A stretch of 64,000 nucleotides of DNA from Obrimoposthia wandeli (taxonomy: Eukaryota). The position numbers and the translations under genes are program-made. Location of the stretch: contig CDROCS010006891.1 of NCBI GenBank assembly GCA_977020255.1, positions 1 to 64,000 of the forward strand. Direction: 5' to 3'. The first letter of the stretch is position 1; each line of letters opens with the position of its first letter. Under the pieces are notes generated by a model. That model had not been told where the DNA came from, searched no databases, and worked only from the letters and a program-made list of their open reading frames with translations. This document shows positions 1 to 10,940 of the stretch, one piece after another.

Positions 1-2
1 TG

Positions 3-149
3 CCATGCATTGCTAAAGATTCAAAAGTAATTGTGGCTATCAATAAAGATGAAGAAGCTCCCATTTTCGGAGTGGCAGACTATGGCCTAACAGCTGACTT
101 GTTTGAAGCTTTACCCGAATTACATCAGCAGTTATCTGCACGTGATTAA
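3..149 (+). CDS. etfA: Electron transfer flavoprotein alpha subunit, C-terminal fragment (5' end outside window)
   Basis: Frame 3 reads [36 protein letters not shown], the canonical EtfA/FixB C-terminus; TAA at 147-149. Confidence 0.88.
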   Translation, partial: PCIAKDSKVIVAINKDEEAPIFGVADYGLTADLFEALPELHQQLSARD

Positions 150-153
150 GGAA

Positions 154-1043
154 ATGAAATCCTCAATGAATGATCAAAAAGACGCCCGCGTGGTGACCTC
201 TACAAAATCGAGCTACCGCATAGTGTTTGATTGCCCAGACCGTATCGGTATCGTCACCAAAGTCGGTGAAATTATTGCACGCAATGGTGGCTGGATTAGT
301 GAAGCCGCTCAACATTCGGATGAAGATAATTGCTGGTTTTTTGCACGCTTTGAAATTCAAGCAGCTTCCCTTTCCATTAGCAAAGAAGCGCTCCATGCGC
401 AATTTTTACCGATTATAGCAGAATTTAAGCTTAATTTGCGCATTGAAGACAGCCGCCAAAAGAAGCAAGTGGTGCTGATGGCTAGCAAAGGCAGTCATTG
501 TCTTTCAGATTTGTTAGATAGATGGAAGAGTGGTGATCTTGAATGTGATATTGCCTGTGTTATTTCAAATCATGATGATTTACGTGGGTTAGTGGAACAC
601 TATCAGATTCCCTACCATAAAGTGGTTATCGAAAAAGACAATAAAACCCCGGGCTTTATCGAAGTAGAAGCATTAGTTGAGCAATATAATGCTGATTGTG
701 TGGTGCTAGCACGCTACATGCAAATTTTACCTGAATCACTTTGCGAAAAATTAAAGTACCAAGTAATCAATATACATCATAGCTTTTTGCCCGCGTTTAT
801 TGGTGCGAAGCCTTATCATCAAGCTAGTAATCGAGGGGTGAAGCATCAGCCACGCCATGTAATGCGACGGATGAAGGGCCTATTATTGAGCAAGATGTGG
901 TGCGTGTAACCCATAATGAGCAAGTGACAGATTTGGTACGTTTGGGTAAAGATGTTGAAAAAACGGTGCTTGCAAGGGGATTACGCGCGCACTTAGAAGA
1001 TCGAATTTTGGTGCACGGTAATAAAACCGTGGTGTTTAATTAG
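154..1043 (+). CDS. purU: Formyltetrahydrofolate deformylase, with indels at about 845-870 (probably sequence error)
   Basis: ACT-like N-terminus (CPDRIGIV), [36 protein letters not shown]. The C-terminus [10 protein letters not shown]...[17 protein letters not shown] continues in another frame to TAG at 1041-1043. Confidence 0.93.
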
Positions 1044-1068
1044 CATCGTTAATTATGGTGCCAGGTAA

Positions 1069-3555
1069 ATGCATACTAAAAAAACATATTATAATAATTT
1101 TGCAATCTGCAAAATTGAGAGGAAAGAATCAGATTGGCTGCACGCTCTATCATTTAACTAAATTAGGCTTCACCGATGTTGTTTTTATTTTCAGAGCGTC
1201 GTGCCAGCTCAAGCAGTGGCAATGTAACATGGCATGCTGCGGGCTTAGTCCCAACATTACGTGCCAACTATAATATGTCGATGCTGGCTAAATACAGCGC
1301 CAACTTATATGAGCAGTTAGAAGCTGAAACAGGCCAGGCCACAGGTTTCACGCGCAACGGTTCTTTAACCATCGCGACTAACAAAGAGCGTTTAGCTGAA
1401 ATAAAACGTGGCGCATCAATGGCAAAAGTTGCAGGCTTTCCTTGTGATGTTATTAATCCACAACAAGCGCGTGATCTTTGGCCGCTACTTAACAATACTG
1501 ACGTGATGTTTTAGGGTGCTGCGGCAATTTGCCAATTTTGGATGGCACAGTCAATCCAGTAGACGTTACTTCCAAGCATTTCAGCAAAAAGGTGCCCGTT
1601 TAGGTGGTGCCTAAATTTTATGACGTTAAAGTTCTTGATAGCGAAGATTAAAGATGGCAAAGTGGCAGGTAAGTTATTACCGAACAAGGTGATATAGCTG
1701 CAGAATACAGTTAACTGCGCTGCATGTGGGCAATGAGAATTCCTTGGTAAAAAAAGCGGGGGTTAACGTGCCTTTGCACGCGGCTGAACACTTTTATGTG
1801 GTTACCGAAAATATGCCTAATCTGCAGGCAGGGTTACCCACGCTACGCGATATGGATGGCTATTGTTACTACAAAGAAGATGCCGGTAAGCTGTTAGTTG
1901 GCATGTTTGAGCCAGGCGCAAAACCTTGGGGTATGGATGGTATTCCTGAAGATTTTTTCTTCGATGAACTACCAGAAGATTTCGATCATTTAGAACTCCA
2001 TTTGAAGCTGCGTATTTTTAATCGTGCCTGAGTTAGAGCGCACGGGCTTGGCGTTTTCAACGGGCCTGAATCATTTACCCCAGATGATCGCTATCACTTG
2101 GGTGAATCACCAGAGCTGGGCAATTATTTTGTAGCCGCTGGTTTTAACTCAGTGGGAATCCAATCAGCTGGTGGCGCAGGTAAAATGCTGGCCGAATGGA
2201 TCAAAAAAGGCCATGCACCACAAGATTTGTGGGATGTAGATATTCGCCGCAACATGCCATATCAAGGTACTCAGGCCTTTTTGCAAGAGCGTACGACTGA
2301 AACCTTAGGCTTATTGTATGAAACGCATTATCCATTTAAGCAGTTTACAACTGCTCGTGGTGTTCGTCGCTCGGTATTGCATGATCAGTTAAAGCAGCAA
2401 GGTGCTGTTTTTGGGTCAGAAAATGGTTGGGAGCGCGCTAACTGGTTTGCCAACGAAGGGCAAGAAAGAGAGTATAAGTACTCTTTTGGCAGACAAAACT
2501 GGTTTGATAACAACGCTCAAGAGCACGCAGCCGTGCGTAACGCCGTGGGTGTTATTGATCAAAGCTCGTTTTCAAAATATCAGCTAGAAGGACCCGATAC
2601 CGAGCAGTTCTTGAATCGCGTTTGCTCTAACAACATCTCAGTAGCGATCGGTAAGATGGTTTATACGCAGTGGCTAAATGATCGTGGAGGAATTGAAGCG
2701 GATGTAACGGTGACGCGCTTAGCTGATGATCGTTTCTTAGTTGTATCAGGTGTTGCTTGTCAAAATCGTGATGTTGATTGGCTAAAGCGTAATAAAGCGG
2801 CTTCAGAAACAGTCATTATTACCGATGTAACTTCAGCTTACGCAGTGATTACTGTGATGGGGCCGCGCTCAAGAGAAACACTGGCTAAGCTGACTTGTGC
2901 TGATATGAGTAATGAAGCATTTCCTTTTGGTAGCTCACAAGAAATCGATATGCATTACGCAATGGTGCGCGCATCGCGCATTACCTATGTAGGCGAGTTG
3001 GGCTGGGAGCTGTATGTTGCAACTGAGTACGCTCCAAGTGTGTACGATGCAGTAATGCAAGCAGGTGAAGAGTTTGGTATCCGCCCTTATGGCTATCACA
3101 CTATGAACTCATTGCGCATGGAAAAATGCTATCGCCATTGGGGTCACGATATTACCGATGCCGACACTGCATTAGAAGCAGGCCTAGGTTTTGCTTCTGA
3201 TTTTAACAAAGAGCCTGGATTTACAGGCCGAGAAGCTTTACTTGAGCAAAAAGCAGCCGGGCCACTTAAACGTCGCTTTGTCGCCTTCTTATTCGAAGAT
3301 CCAGAGCCACTTTGTTATCACGAAGAGCCTATTTACGCCAACGGTGTAATAGTCGGGCGCACCATCAAGGGTGCGGCGCTTGCTCAGCGACTTTAGGTGC
3401 GCACTATTGCGATGGGCTTATGCCGAGTTCAATTTCAAGGGGTCACTAAAGATTGCTGTGACAGCGCGCTGAAATTGAAGTGGAGTGCCAACGCTATAAA
3501 GTCACCCTTCATTGGTGTTCTTCTATGATCTCAAGAGTGGAAAAAGAAGCGTTAA
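1069..3555 (+). pseudogene. FAD-dependent oxidoreductase/GcvT-family protein (sarcosine/dimethylglycine dehydrogenase type), split by many frameshifts; may be intact in vivo
   Basis: Consecutive ORF pieces TWHAAGL, PLHAAEHFY, NGPESFTPD, AAGFNSVGIQSAGGAG, ENGWERANWF, RITYVGELGWELY, SLRMEKCYRHWGHDI. Confidence 0.88.
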
Positions 3556-3578
3556 AAAATGCTTTAGTTTGAAGATCG

Positions 3579-3616
3579 ATAGAGCAAGATAAATGAATGT
3601 TTTTATCTTGCTCTAT
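3579..3616 (+). terminator. Long hairpin, probable terminator after the GcvT-family gene
   Basis: Perfect 15-bp stem ATAGAGCAAGATAAA / TTTATCTTGCTCTAT with an 8-nt loop. Confidence 0.7.
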
Positions 3617-3831
3617 TTGAATAGCGAAAAAATATCGATTGACTGTATCCATCCCCATATCCCTTTAATAACAATTTCTTAAATAGCTTATTTAATTCAA
3701 ATCCTAAGCACAGTTCAGTCCGGAATACGCTTTCCATTCAAATCATTGCGAATAAAATATCACCTAGACTAGCTTGTGTCTCAAAACTAGTTCAAGCTGT
3801 GCGAAATTGAATTTAAAGAGCTTGTAGAAAA

Positions 3832-4797
3832 ATGAATAACAATGATTTTAATTTCAAACTCGGTTTGATCTTTGCCCTGACTAAAGTGCTTGGGGGCATG
3901 CTAAATGATAGCGTTAAAAAAGTTATTCGCTGGATTTCATTGATCCGCAATCTCTTTACTTGGTTTAGGTTTTTCTATTGCTTTCCTAGTGAGCATTGTT
4001 TTACAGCAAACTATCGGGAAAACTCACTCAAATTCAAGACATTAGTCAAGCGAGATTGGTTCAAGCTGACTTCGGCTGCTGCTTGCCTTTAGAAAACTAT
4101 ATTTCATTTGTTTGCATTGTCTTGATTATTTAAAAACTGGGTCCTGTACAGCTCTAATTTTCAAACAGCTCCTTTGGCCTTTGTGCGCAGGATATTCTTT
4201 AAAGAACCAAGTTTGAGGTGGCTACAAAATGACCTGTTTTGCGACTTTTAGCGCTTCGGTATGTTGTTATTTTTCATCCCATTTAGCACCTACCTGGAAG
4301 CGGAGAGGTAAACTGTGCTCGATTGGTATTTTATTAGTGCAATTTCGGCGCTTTCTTGGGTTTGTTATGCTCTGATTCAAAAGGTACACTAGTAAGCTGA
4401 GCTCCGGCAATGCTGTTATATATTTATGGTTCGGGCCTATATGATGGCACCTTTTAGTGATTTTGAATATTTGATGCAAATGCAGGGTACACAATGGGCG
4501 GTTGCTCTATTTTGCGCTTTTAATACCATCGTTGCCTATGGCTGTTTTGGGCAGGCAATGAAGTATTGGCCAACTGCCCAGGTTGGCGCCATGGTTGCTT
4601 TAGCGCCTGTTTTTAGCTTTGCATTTACCGCCTTAGTCGTGTCTTTAGGTTGGTGGAGCGAGTTAATCACCGCTAATGAAATTACTTTTTATGCCGCTTT
4701 GGGTATTTTCTTAATAGTCGCATCTGTGTTTGCAGTACAATTATTTCCACTATTAAAAAGAAAAGCGAAGCAGTTAAAAATGAGTACTAAATCTTAA
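3832..4797 (+). pseudogene. EamA/DMT family transporter, frameshifted
   Basis: Hydrophobic ORF pieces 3832-4092 and 4426-4797; DMT-like ..AYGCFGQAMKYWPTAQVGAMVALAPVFSF. Confidence 0.72.
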
Positions 4798-5219
4798 TTA
4801 TCTAGCTTTTCTCATGTATCAAATAAGTTTGTTTTTTATCGATAGCGTGTTATTTGTCTGCCTAAAAAAGCTGAGTCACTTCTGGATTTAAACAAAGGCG
4901 ACCATCAAAGCGGGGTGGTTTAGCGCTATGTAATAGTTCCTGAAAGTGGCAGTAGCTTGGTAATATTATTAACGTGTTTAGAAGATAACAGCACTACTAC
5001 TTGATAGTGCGTTACCTAAGTCATTCATGTGATATGGTGTGCTTTAATTGAATGCTATCAACCTAATGAGGTAACTATGAATGGCGCTATATACGATCAT
5101 GAAGGTCAATTTATAAACATGTGAGTCAGCTACGTAGAGCTTAAATTCAATTAATAATTATCAAATACTAGAATTAAGTTTAGCTTAAAATTAATCAATA
5201 ACACGGAAACGGAGATTAC

Positions 5220-5830
5220 TATCTATACCTTATATTGGGATAAAGGTGGCGCTATTTACGCCATGCAGTACTCTAGCCTTAGGTATAGAATATAAGCTGA
5301 AGCTGAAATAGACTTAAGTAAAGTGAACAAAATCCGCTAGCTATTTCGGAAGCGACAACTCAAAATGGAAAGGTGCCCACGTTAGGTGCACGATAAGCAT
5401 GTGATTTATGAATCGGCGGCGATTTTACTTTACCCGTTAGATCAACATCCAGAATCTGTGCCCAGCGCCTCATCCAAAGCGCCAGACGCGGCCATTATTA
5501 TCATGTTTTGGATGTCGAGCACTCTACAGGAGGCAAGCGAATCGTTGGGCATCCTTGAATTTCTATCTGGTTGAGGTATTCGCTGAACATCAGGCAAATC
5601 ATGCAGGGACATGGGCAATCGAGTCTCTGATTTACCTTGCTGAAAAGCAACCTGCTTACCGCGTTGCTGGGGAGTTTCAGGAGGCAGACTCGCCAGAAAT
5701 GGAATCTTGGCTTTGGGTGATTCAATAAGTGGTGCGGATTATCACCTATTTATGCTGAATCTATTGAGTCGATACGGCAGCCGAGCCTCCAAGATTTTCC
5801 TCATTTAAAACGCGCAGCATATCAAGGCTG
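5220..5830 (+). pseudogene. Glutathione S-transferase family, heavily frameshifted; boundaries approximate
   Basis: Fragments YTLYWDKG, NGKVPTL, VIYESAAILLY, LGDSISGADYHLFML in changing frames. Confidence 0.65.
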
Positions 5831-6003
5831 CGCTAAGCCTTGAACTTCAATCTCTGCTTAAATGATGATGAACAAGAAGCTAAGCAGTTTGATCTTTAAA
5901 GGGCCGATTCTACCAACTGTTTTTGTATTTCAACAAACCTTAATCAACGCATTCATAGCCTAGTCGGCAATATTTTTCACCAAAACCTATGCGAAAATAG
6001 TTT

Positions 6004-7062
6004 TCATACTCTGCAATACCTACAAATGGTAAAGCAGTAAGTTGGTTTTATCGAAATACCTTCTTTCGCCAGCTTGTCGCCAAGCGCTAGTGAGGTGAGA
6101 GGGCCCTTGAATTTAACAAATGCAACAGTGCCGGCGGTCGGTCGCACCCATTCAAATAGATCGCTGTATCGTCCGATAAACTGCTCAAGTAGCTGAATAT
6201 TTGTTTGAATAATCTCTAAATTTCGCTTTAAAATAATATCACTGGCTCGCAGAGTCATTATTGCTTGTATTTCACTCGCTCTGCTTGGGCATGCTGTTCC
6301 AAAATATTGCACATCAACCAGTTTTTGTTTGAGTTCTAAATTTTGTATTGCAAGCCAACCGATTGAAATACCACAGCCGCCCCAAGGTTTCGAAATGGCA
6401 CCTGCACTGATACCGTTTTCATATAATTCTGCCATGGCAGGCAGTCTGTCGTCTTTGCTGTGTTCTAGTAATCGATAAGCTTCATCAGATAATATTGTGA
6501 TGTTGTGTTTGCGCGCTATTGCTACTAATGCTCGCTGGACGCTAGATTTCATTACCGTGCCACCAGGGCTATAAGGTTCGTTGAGTACGATATAGCAGGT
6601 ATTGCTCTTGATTGCTTTTTCAACTTCAAGCGGGTCAATTTGCCATTGGTTTTTGGCATACAATTTGATTTTGGTTGTTTCGCTAAGCGCGTGTTCTGGT
6701 GCTTGCTGAACGGATTGATAGCCTGGGGTGAAAACGATGCTATGGCTATCACTATCAAGCAGAGCATAAGCTGCTGTTTGCAAAGCAGCTTGGCAACCTG
6801 CAAATATCAGTATGTTCTCAGCTCTTATCTGCGTGCCATAAAGGTTAGCCACTGCTTCACGAAGATCTAAGCTGCCACCGTTGGGTGTGTAATCCAGCGC
6901 ATGGTTGTAGTATTCATCAACTATCTGCTCATCACCTCTTGCCAATGCATAGCCGATTAACTCTTTGGTGGTGAGAGGTTCGGTAAAGGAGTTGGAGAAA
7001 CTGTATTGCACACTATGCATGTCTTTTTTGTGTTTCTTCGACCACGGCTCTTTATACATCAT
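6004..7062 (-). CDS. PLP-dependent aminotransferase class I/II; true C-terminus probably continues to about 5900 after an indel
   Basis: LDYTPNGGSLDLREAVA, ILSDEAYRLLE, SKPWGGCGISIGW; ENYFRIGFG is readable in another frame near 5975-6010. Confidence 0.85.
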   Translation of the reverse strand: MMYKEPWSKKHKKDMHSVQYSFSNSFTEPLTTKELIGYALARGDEQIVDEYYNHALDYTPNGGSLDLREAVANLYGTQIRAENILIFAGCQAALQTAAYALLDSDSHSIVFTPGYQSVQQAPEHALSETTKIKLYAKNQWQIDPLEVEKAIKSNTCYIVLNEPYSPGGTVMKSSVQRALVAIARKHNITILSDEAYRLLEHSKDDRLPAMAELYENGISAGAISKPWGGCGISIGWLAIQNLELKQKLVDVQYFGTACPSRASEIQAIMTLRASDIILKRNLEIIQTNIQLLEQFIGRYSDLFEWVRPTAGTVAFVKFKGPLTSLALGDKLAKEGISIKPTYCFTICRYCRV

Positions 7063-7395
7063 TTAAGTGTTACTCGCTGTTAAGTATTTAGACCCGGTAC
7101 TTTTGAGGGGAAAATAAGGCTTACCCAATCCTTGTCATATTAATGCAGATGAGCGCTAATGGCATTCAATGGCGAAACTTATGGTCGGCACGAAAATCTT
7201 AGTTTTTTGCGCCATTAACAAAGTAGTTTCATGCCTGCTTCTCTATCTATAAAATAACGTTTTAGCGCTGATATTGTCAACTCAACAGGCTTGGATTCAC
7301 TGTGCTATTTATAGTTTAGCACTCAAAGTGTTAATCAATTAAATTAATAGTTGGGATCATTGCCGTTCAGTTTTATTCTTGTTTTTCGGTAAATC

Positions 7396-7836
7396 ATGAA
7401 TGTAGCTAACACAGAGCATAAAACCGTTATTAGTTTGCAAGATGCTGACAAGTATTTTGATGAGCTTCACACTTTAAGAAAAATAAATCTAAGGGTCGAT
7501 AAAGGTAAACGTATTGTTATTTTCGAATCCACAGGTTCCGGGAAATCAACGCTGATTCGCTGTATCAATCGTTTGAAAGATCATAACAGTGGCAAAATTA
7601 TCGTTGATGGGCACGAGTTAACGGATCAAGTTAAAGTTATTAATGTGGTACGCCGCGAAGTGGGCATGACAATGATCTGTGTTACCCATGAGATGGGCTT
7701 CGCCCGTTCAGTGGCTGATACCGTAGTGTTTATGGATGCAGGTGAAATAGTTGAACGCAATACTCCTGAAGAGTTCTTTAAGAACCCGCAAGAAGAGCGC
7801 ACCCGAAAGTTTCTCAAGCAAATATTATCTCATTAA
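7396..7836 (+). pseudogene. Polar amino-acid ABC transporter ATP-binding subunit (GlnQ/AapP type) with a large in-frame internal deletion
   Basis: GSGKSTLIRCINRL ... RREVGM joined directly to TMICVTHEMGFARSVAD; Q-loop, LSGGQ signature and Walker B absent; no permease or binding-protein gene adjacent. Confidence 0.85.
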
Positions 7837-7895
7837 TGTTGCAATAACTGTTGAATGGTTCTGCCAATAAAGAGCATATTACATAAGTTGTTTAG

Positions 7896-7919
7896 GGCGG
7901 CATACTAGAGTATGCCGCC
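7896..7919. terminator. Bidirectional terminator hairpin between convergent genes
   Basis: GGCGGCATAC-TAGA-GTATGCCGCC. Confidence 0.7.
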
Positions 7920-7941
7920 TATCGGTATGATGAAAATATGG

Positions 7942-8955
7942 CTATGTCATGCTAACAACAATACGACCGGTAATATCACCTTGTTGCATATCACTAAAGA
8001 TCTCGTTGATATCTTGTAGTGATTTTACTTCTACCGTTGCTTGTACTTTTCCAGTTGCTGCAAACTCAAGGCATTCAATTAAATCTTTGCGGGTGCCGAC
8101 AATTGAGCCAACTAACTTAACACCGTTCAGCACTGTATCGAAGATCGGTAATGGCATGTCTTCTGGAGGTAACCCAACTAAGGCAAATGTGCCGCCTCTT
8201 CGCAATGAGTAATAAGCTTCTGTAAAAGCTTGTTTTGAGACAGCAGTACAAATCACTCCATGGGTACCGCCCACTAGCGCTTGAATCTTTGTTGAAGGTT
8301 TATCTTTTAAATAATCAACGCAGTGCTCAGCGCCGAGGGCTTTGGCTAAGGCCATTTTCTTAGCGCCGGTATCAACCGCGATCACTCGTATACCCATGGC
8401 AATTGCATATTGAATCGCTAAATGGCCTAAACCGCCTACGCCTACAATGGTGACCCATTGGCCAGGTTTAACTTCACTTACTTTGAGCGCTTTATAAGTG
8501 GTGACACCTGCACAAAATAACGGTGCCGCATCTACATAGCTTATTGCATCGGGGATTTTTACCACATATTCCCCATGTGCAAGGCAATACTCAGCAAACG
8601 AACCGTCCATTGAATAGCCGGTATTTTGTTGTTCAAGGCACAGCGTTTCTTGCCCATCCAAGCAATACTCACATTGGCCACAAGCGGAGTACAGCCAAGG
8701 GATACCAACTCTGTCGCCAATTGCTAGATGATGAATTTCAGAGCCTAAGCTAACAATTTCACCGACGCCTTCATGGCCAGGTACTAGGGGTAGTTTAGGT
8801 TTTACAGGCCAGTCTCCATGACAAGCATGTAAATCGGTATGGCATACGCCGCAGGCGTGAATCTTGACTAGTACATCTTTCGGGCCAACTTTAGGTATCG
8901 GTAACTCTTGTATAGTTAGTTCACTTTTGAATTGATTGACCACTGCTGCTTTCAT
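7942..8955 (-). CDS. adhP: Zn-dependent alcohol dehydrogenase
   Basis: [31 protein letters not shown] structural Zn site, [16 protein letters not shown]. Confidence 0.95.
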   Translation of the reverse strand: MKAAVVNQFKSELTIQELPIPKVGPKDVLVKIHACGVCHTDLHACHGDWPVKPKLPLVPGHEGVGEIVSLGSEIHHLAIGDRVGIPWLYSACGQCEYCLDGQETLCLEQQNTGYSMDGSFAEYCLAHGEYVVKIPDAISYVDAAPLFCAGVTTYKALKVSEVKPGQWVTIVGVGGLGHLAIQYAIAMGIRVIAVDTGAKKMALAKALGAEHCVDYLKDKPSTKIQALVGGTHGVICTAVSKQAFTEAYYSLRRGGTFALVGLPPEDMPLPIFDTVLNGVKLVGSIVGTRKDLIECLEFAATGKVQATVEVKSLQDINEIFSDMQQGDITGRIVVSMT

Positions 8956-9016
8956 TTTGTTTCTCCAATTAACATGTTTTCTAAGTTAATAATGCGCTTA
9001 TTCGGTTACTAAGATA

Positions 9017-9030
9017 TTGCGTTAAATCAA
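9017..9030 (-). promoter_or_regulatory. Putative FNR box upstream of adhP
   Basis: Minus strand TTGAT-TTAA-CGCAA vs TTGAT-N4-ATCAA (8/10), 62-75 bp upstream of the adhP start. Confidence 0.5.
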
Positions 9031-9467
9031 ATAATTGAATGTTTGGAAGGATGGTATTGAAAGGTTTTTTGGCGGCTTGCTACAAAGCTATTTATAAATG
9101 GTCGCTATTGATAAGTGCATAATATAAAGCAGAAAATAAAATAGAAATAATGACTGGGTTATCGGTAATTAACAGATAATAAATTAAAATGAAAAGAGGT
9201 CTACAAAAAGATAGAAGTTGTGGCGATGAAGACTGGGAGCTAGTTTGGCTCATCATCTATTACCGCATAAACATCAGTGCTATACTGCGCGTCATTTTTA
9301 TCAACTAGAGAGTTCATAATAACGACTGCGCTCAATAATACGGCATTAAAAAAAGGCTAAATACCCAAGAAGCGGGCGTACTGATACCGCTATTTCAAGA
9401 TTTTTATCCTTGCCTTATTATCCCTTGCTACGTTATGCAGAGATCTCAACTAATTATCTGAGCTTCT

Positions 9468-10685
9468 ATGTCACTGTCAAGCATGTCATTTTCAAAATTA
9501 GGGTTGTCCGATCCTATTTTACAAGCCATTGAAGAGCAAGGTTATTCTGAACCTACCCCTATTCAGAAACAAGCTATTCCGATTGTTCTCTCTGGTAAGG
9601 ATTTGATTGCTACCGCGCAAACAGGTACCGGTAAAACCGCCGCTTTTGTATTGCCTATTTTGGAAAAATTTAATAAAGATCGCAAGCTTCGCGGTAAACG
9701 TATACGCGCACTCATTATCACGCCAACGCGAGAGTTAGCGGTGCAAATTGCCACGAACGTGGCTGCATTAAGTAAACATTTAAACTTAAGCTCTATGGCG
9801 GTTTATGGCGGTGTTGATACACAAGAACAAAAACAGCGTTTAATTGAAGGCGCTGATATTTTAGTGGCCACTCCCGGCAGATTGCTAGATTTGGCGCATC
9901 AGCGTGCATTGCATTTCGATGAACTTGAAGTGCTGATACTAGATGAAGCTGACAGAATGGTCGATATGGGGTTTATCGAAGATGTAGATAATATTATTGA
10001 TCGTTTACCCAAGGCGCGCCAGAACTTGTTATTCTCGGCAACCATGAGTGATTACGTGCGTGTGTTGGCTGATCGTTTTGCTGAGAGCAAAATGGGTGAT
10101 GCACCCACTGAGATAGCAATCTCGGTAGATGCAAAGAAAGCACCTGCGATTAAACAATGGTTAATTACCGTCGATAAAGACACTAAATCTGCGCTGCTAA
10201 GCCACTTAATTAATGAGCAAAAATGGGATCAAGCGCTGATCTTTATCGAAAAAAAACACGGTGCAGCCAAGCTTGTTAGTCAGTTAGAAAAACGCGGTAT
10301 TAAAGCAGATTGCATTCATGGCGATAGAAGCCAAGCGATGCGCGATAAAGCACTGGCCGATTTTAAGTCGGGTGAGCTTAAGTTTTTAGTCGCCACCGGT
10401 GTCGCGGCGCGCGGCATCGATATCGGAAAGCTGAGTCGTGTAGTTAATTACGATTTACCTTTTAAGCCTGAAGAATACATCCATCGTATTGGACGAACAG
10501 GGCGAGCAGGGGAAACAGGCGAGGCTATTTCTTTTGTGGCAATGGGTGATTTTAAAAATTTATGTGCTATTGAAAGTCGCTTAAACAAGTTAATTGATCG
10601 ACAAGAGATTGACGGTTTTCCTGTTAGAAAAACAGTGCCTATTTCAATTTTGAATTTTGTGCCTAAAAGCAAAACCAGAACATAA
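9468..10685 (+). CDS. DEAD-box ATP-dependent RNA helicase (RhlE-like)
   Basis: Q motif PTPIQ, AQTGTGKT, PTRELA, TPGRL, DEAD, SAT, ARGID, HRIGRTGRAG. Confidence 0.95.
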   Translation: MSLSSMSFSKLGLSDPILQAIEEQGYSEPTPIQKQAIPIVLSGKDLIATAQTGTGKTAAFVLPILEKFNKDRKLRGKRIRALIITPTRELAVQIATNVAALSKHLNLSSMAVYGGVDTQEQKQRLIEGADILVATPGRLLDLAHQRALHFDELEVLILDEADRMVDMGFIEDVDNIIDRLPKARQNLLFSATMSDYVRVLADRFAESKMGDAPTEIAISVDAKKAPAIKQWLITVDKDTKSALLSHLINEQKWDQALIFIEKKHGAAKLVSQLEKRGIKADCIHGDRSQAMRDKALADFKSGELKFLVATGVAARGIDIGKLSRVVNYDLPFKPEEYIHRIGRTGRAGETGEAISFVAMGDFKNLCAIESRLNKLIDRQEIDGFPVRKTVPISILNFVPKSKTRT

Positions 10686-10702
10686 AACGCTAATAAAATT
10701 AA

Positions 10703-10726
10703 GCAGGTTGGCTTGAGCCGACCTGC
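10703..10726 (+). terminator. GC-rich hairpin downstream of the helicase
   Basis: GCAGGTTGGCT-TG-AGCCGACCTGC. Confidence 0.5.
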
Positions 10727-10940
10727 GACACTGCTTATCCCTTAATGCCTCCTCGTTTCCCACTTGTGAACGCTCACAGCATAATTTAATTGTGAAGCTG
10801 ACTGAATACCGACTTATCATTTCTAATATGGTTGCTAATAGCATTGACAGTTATAGTCTGGCGGTGCGAAATACAGATAGTTAGTGTAAAAACCCCCGTT
10901 TTATGGAGGGCATTTTTAACACTCTAGTCAGTTCTCTAAC

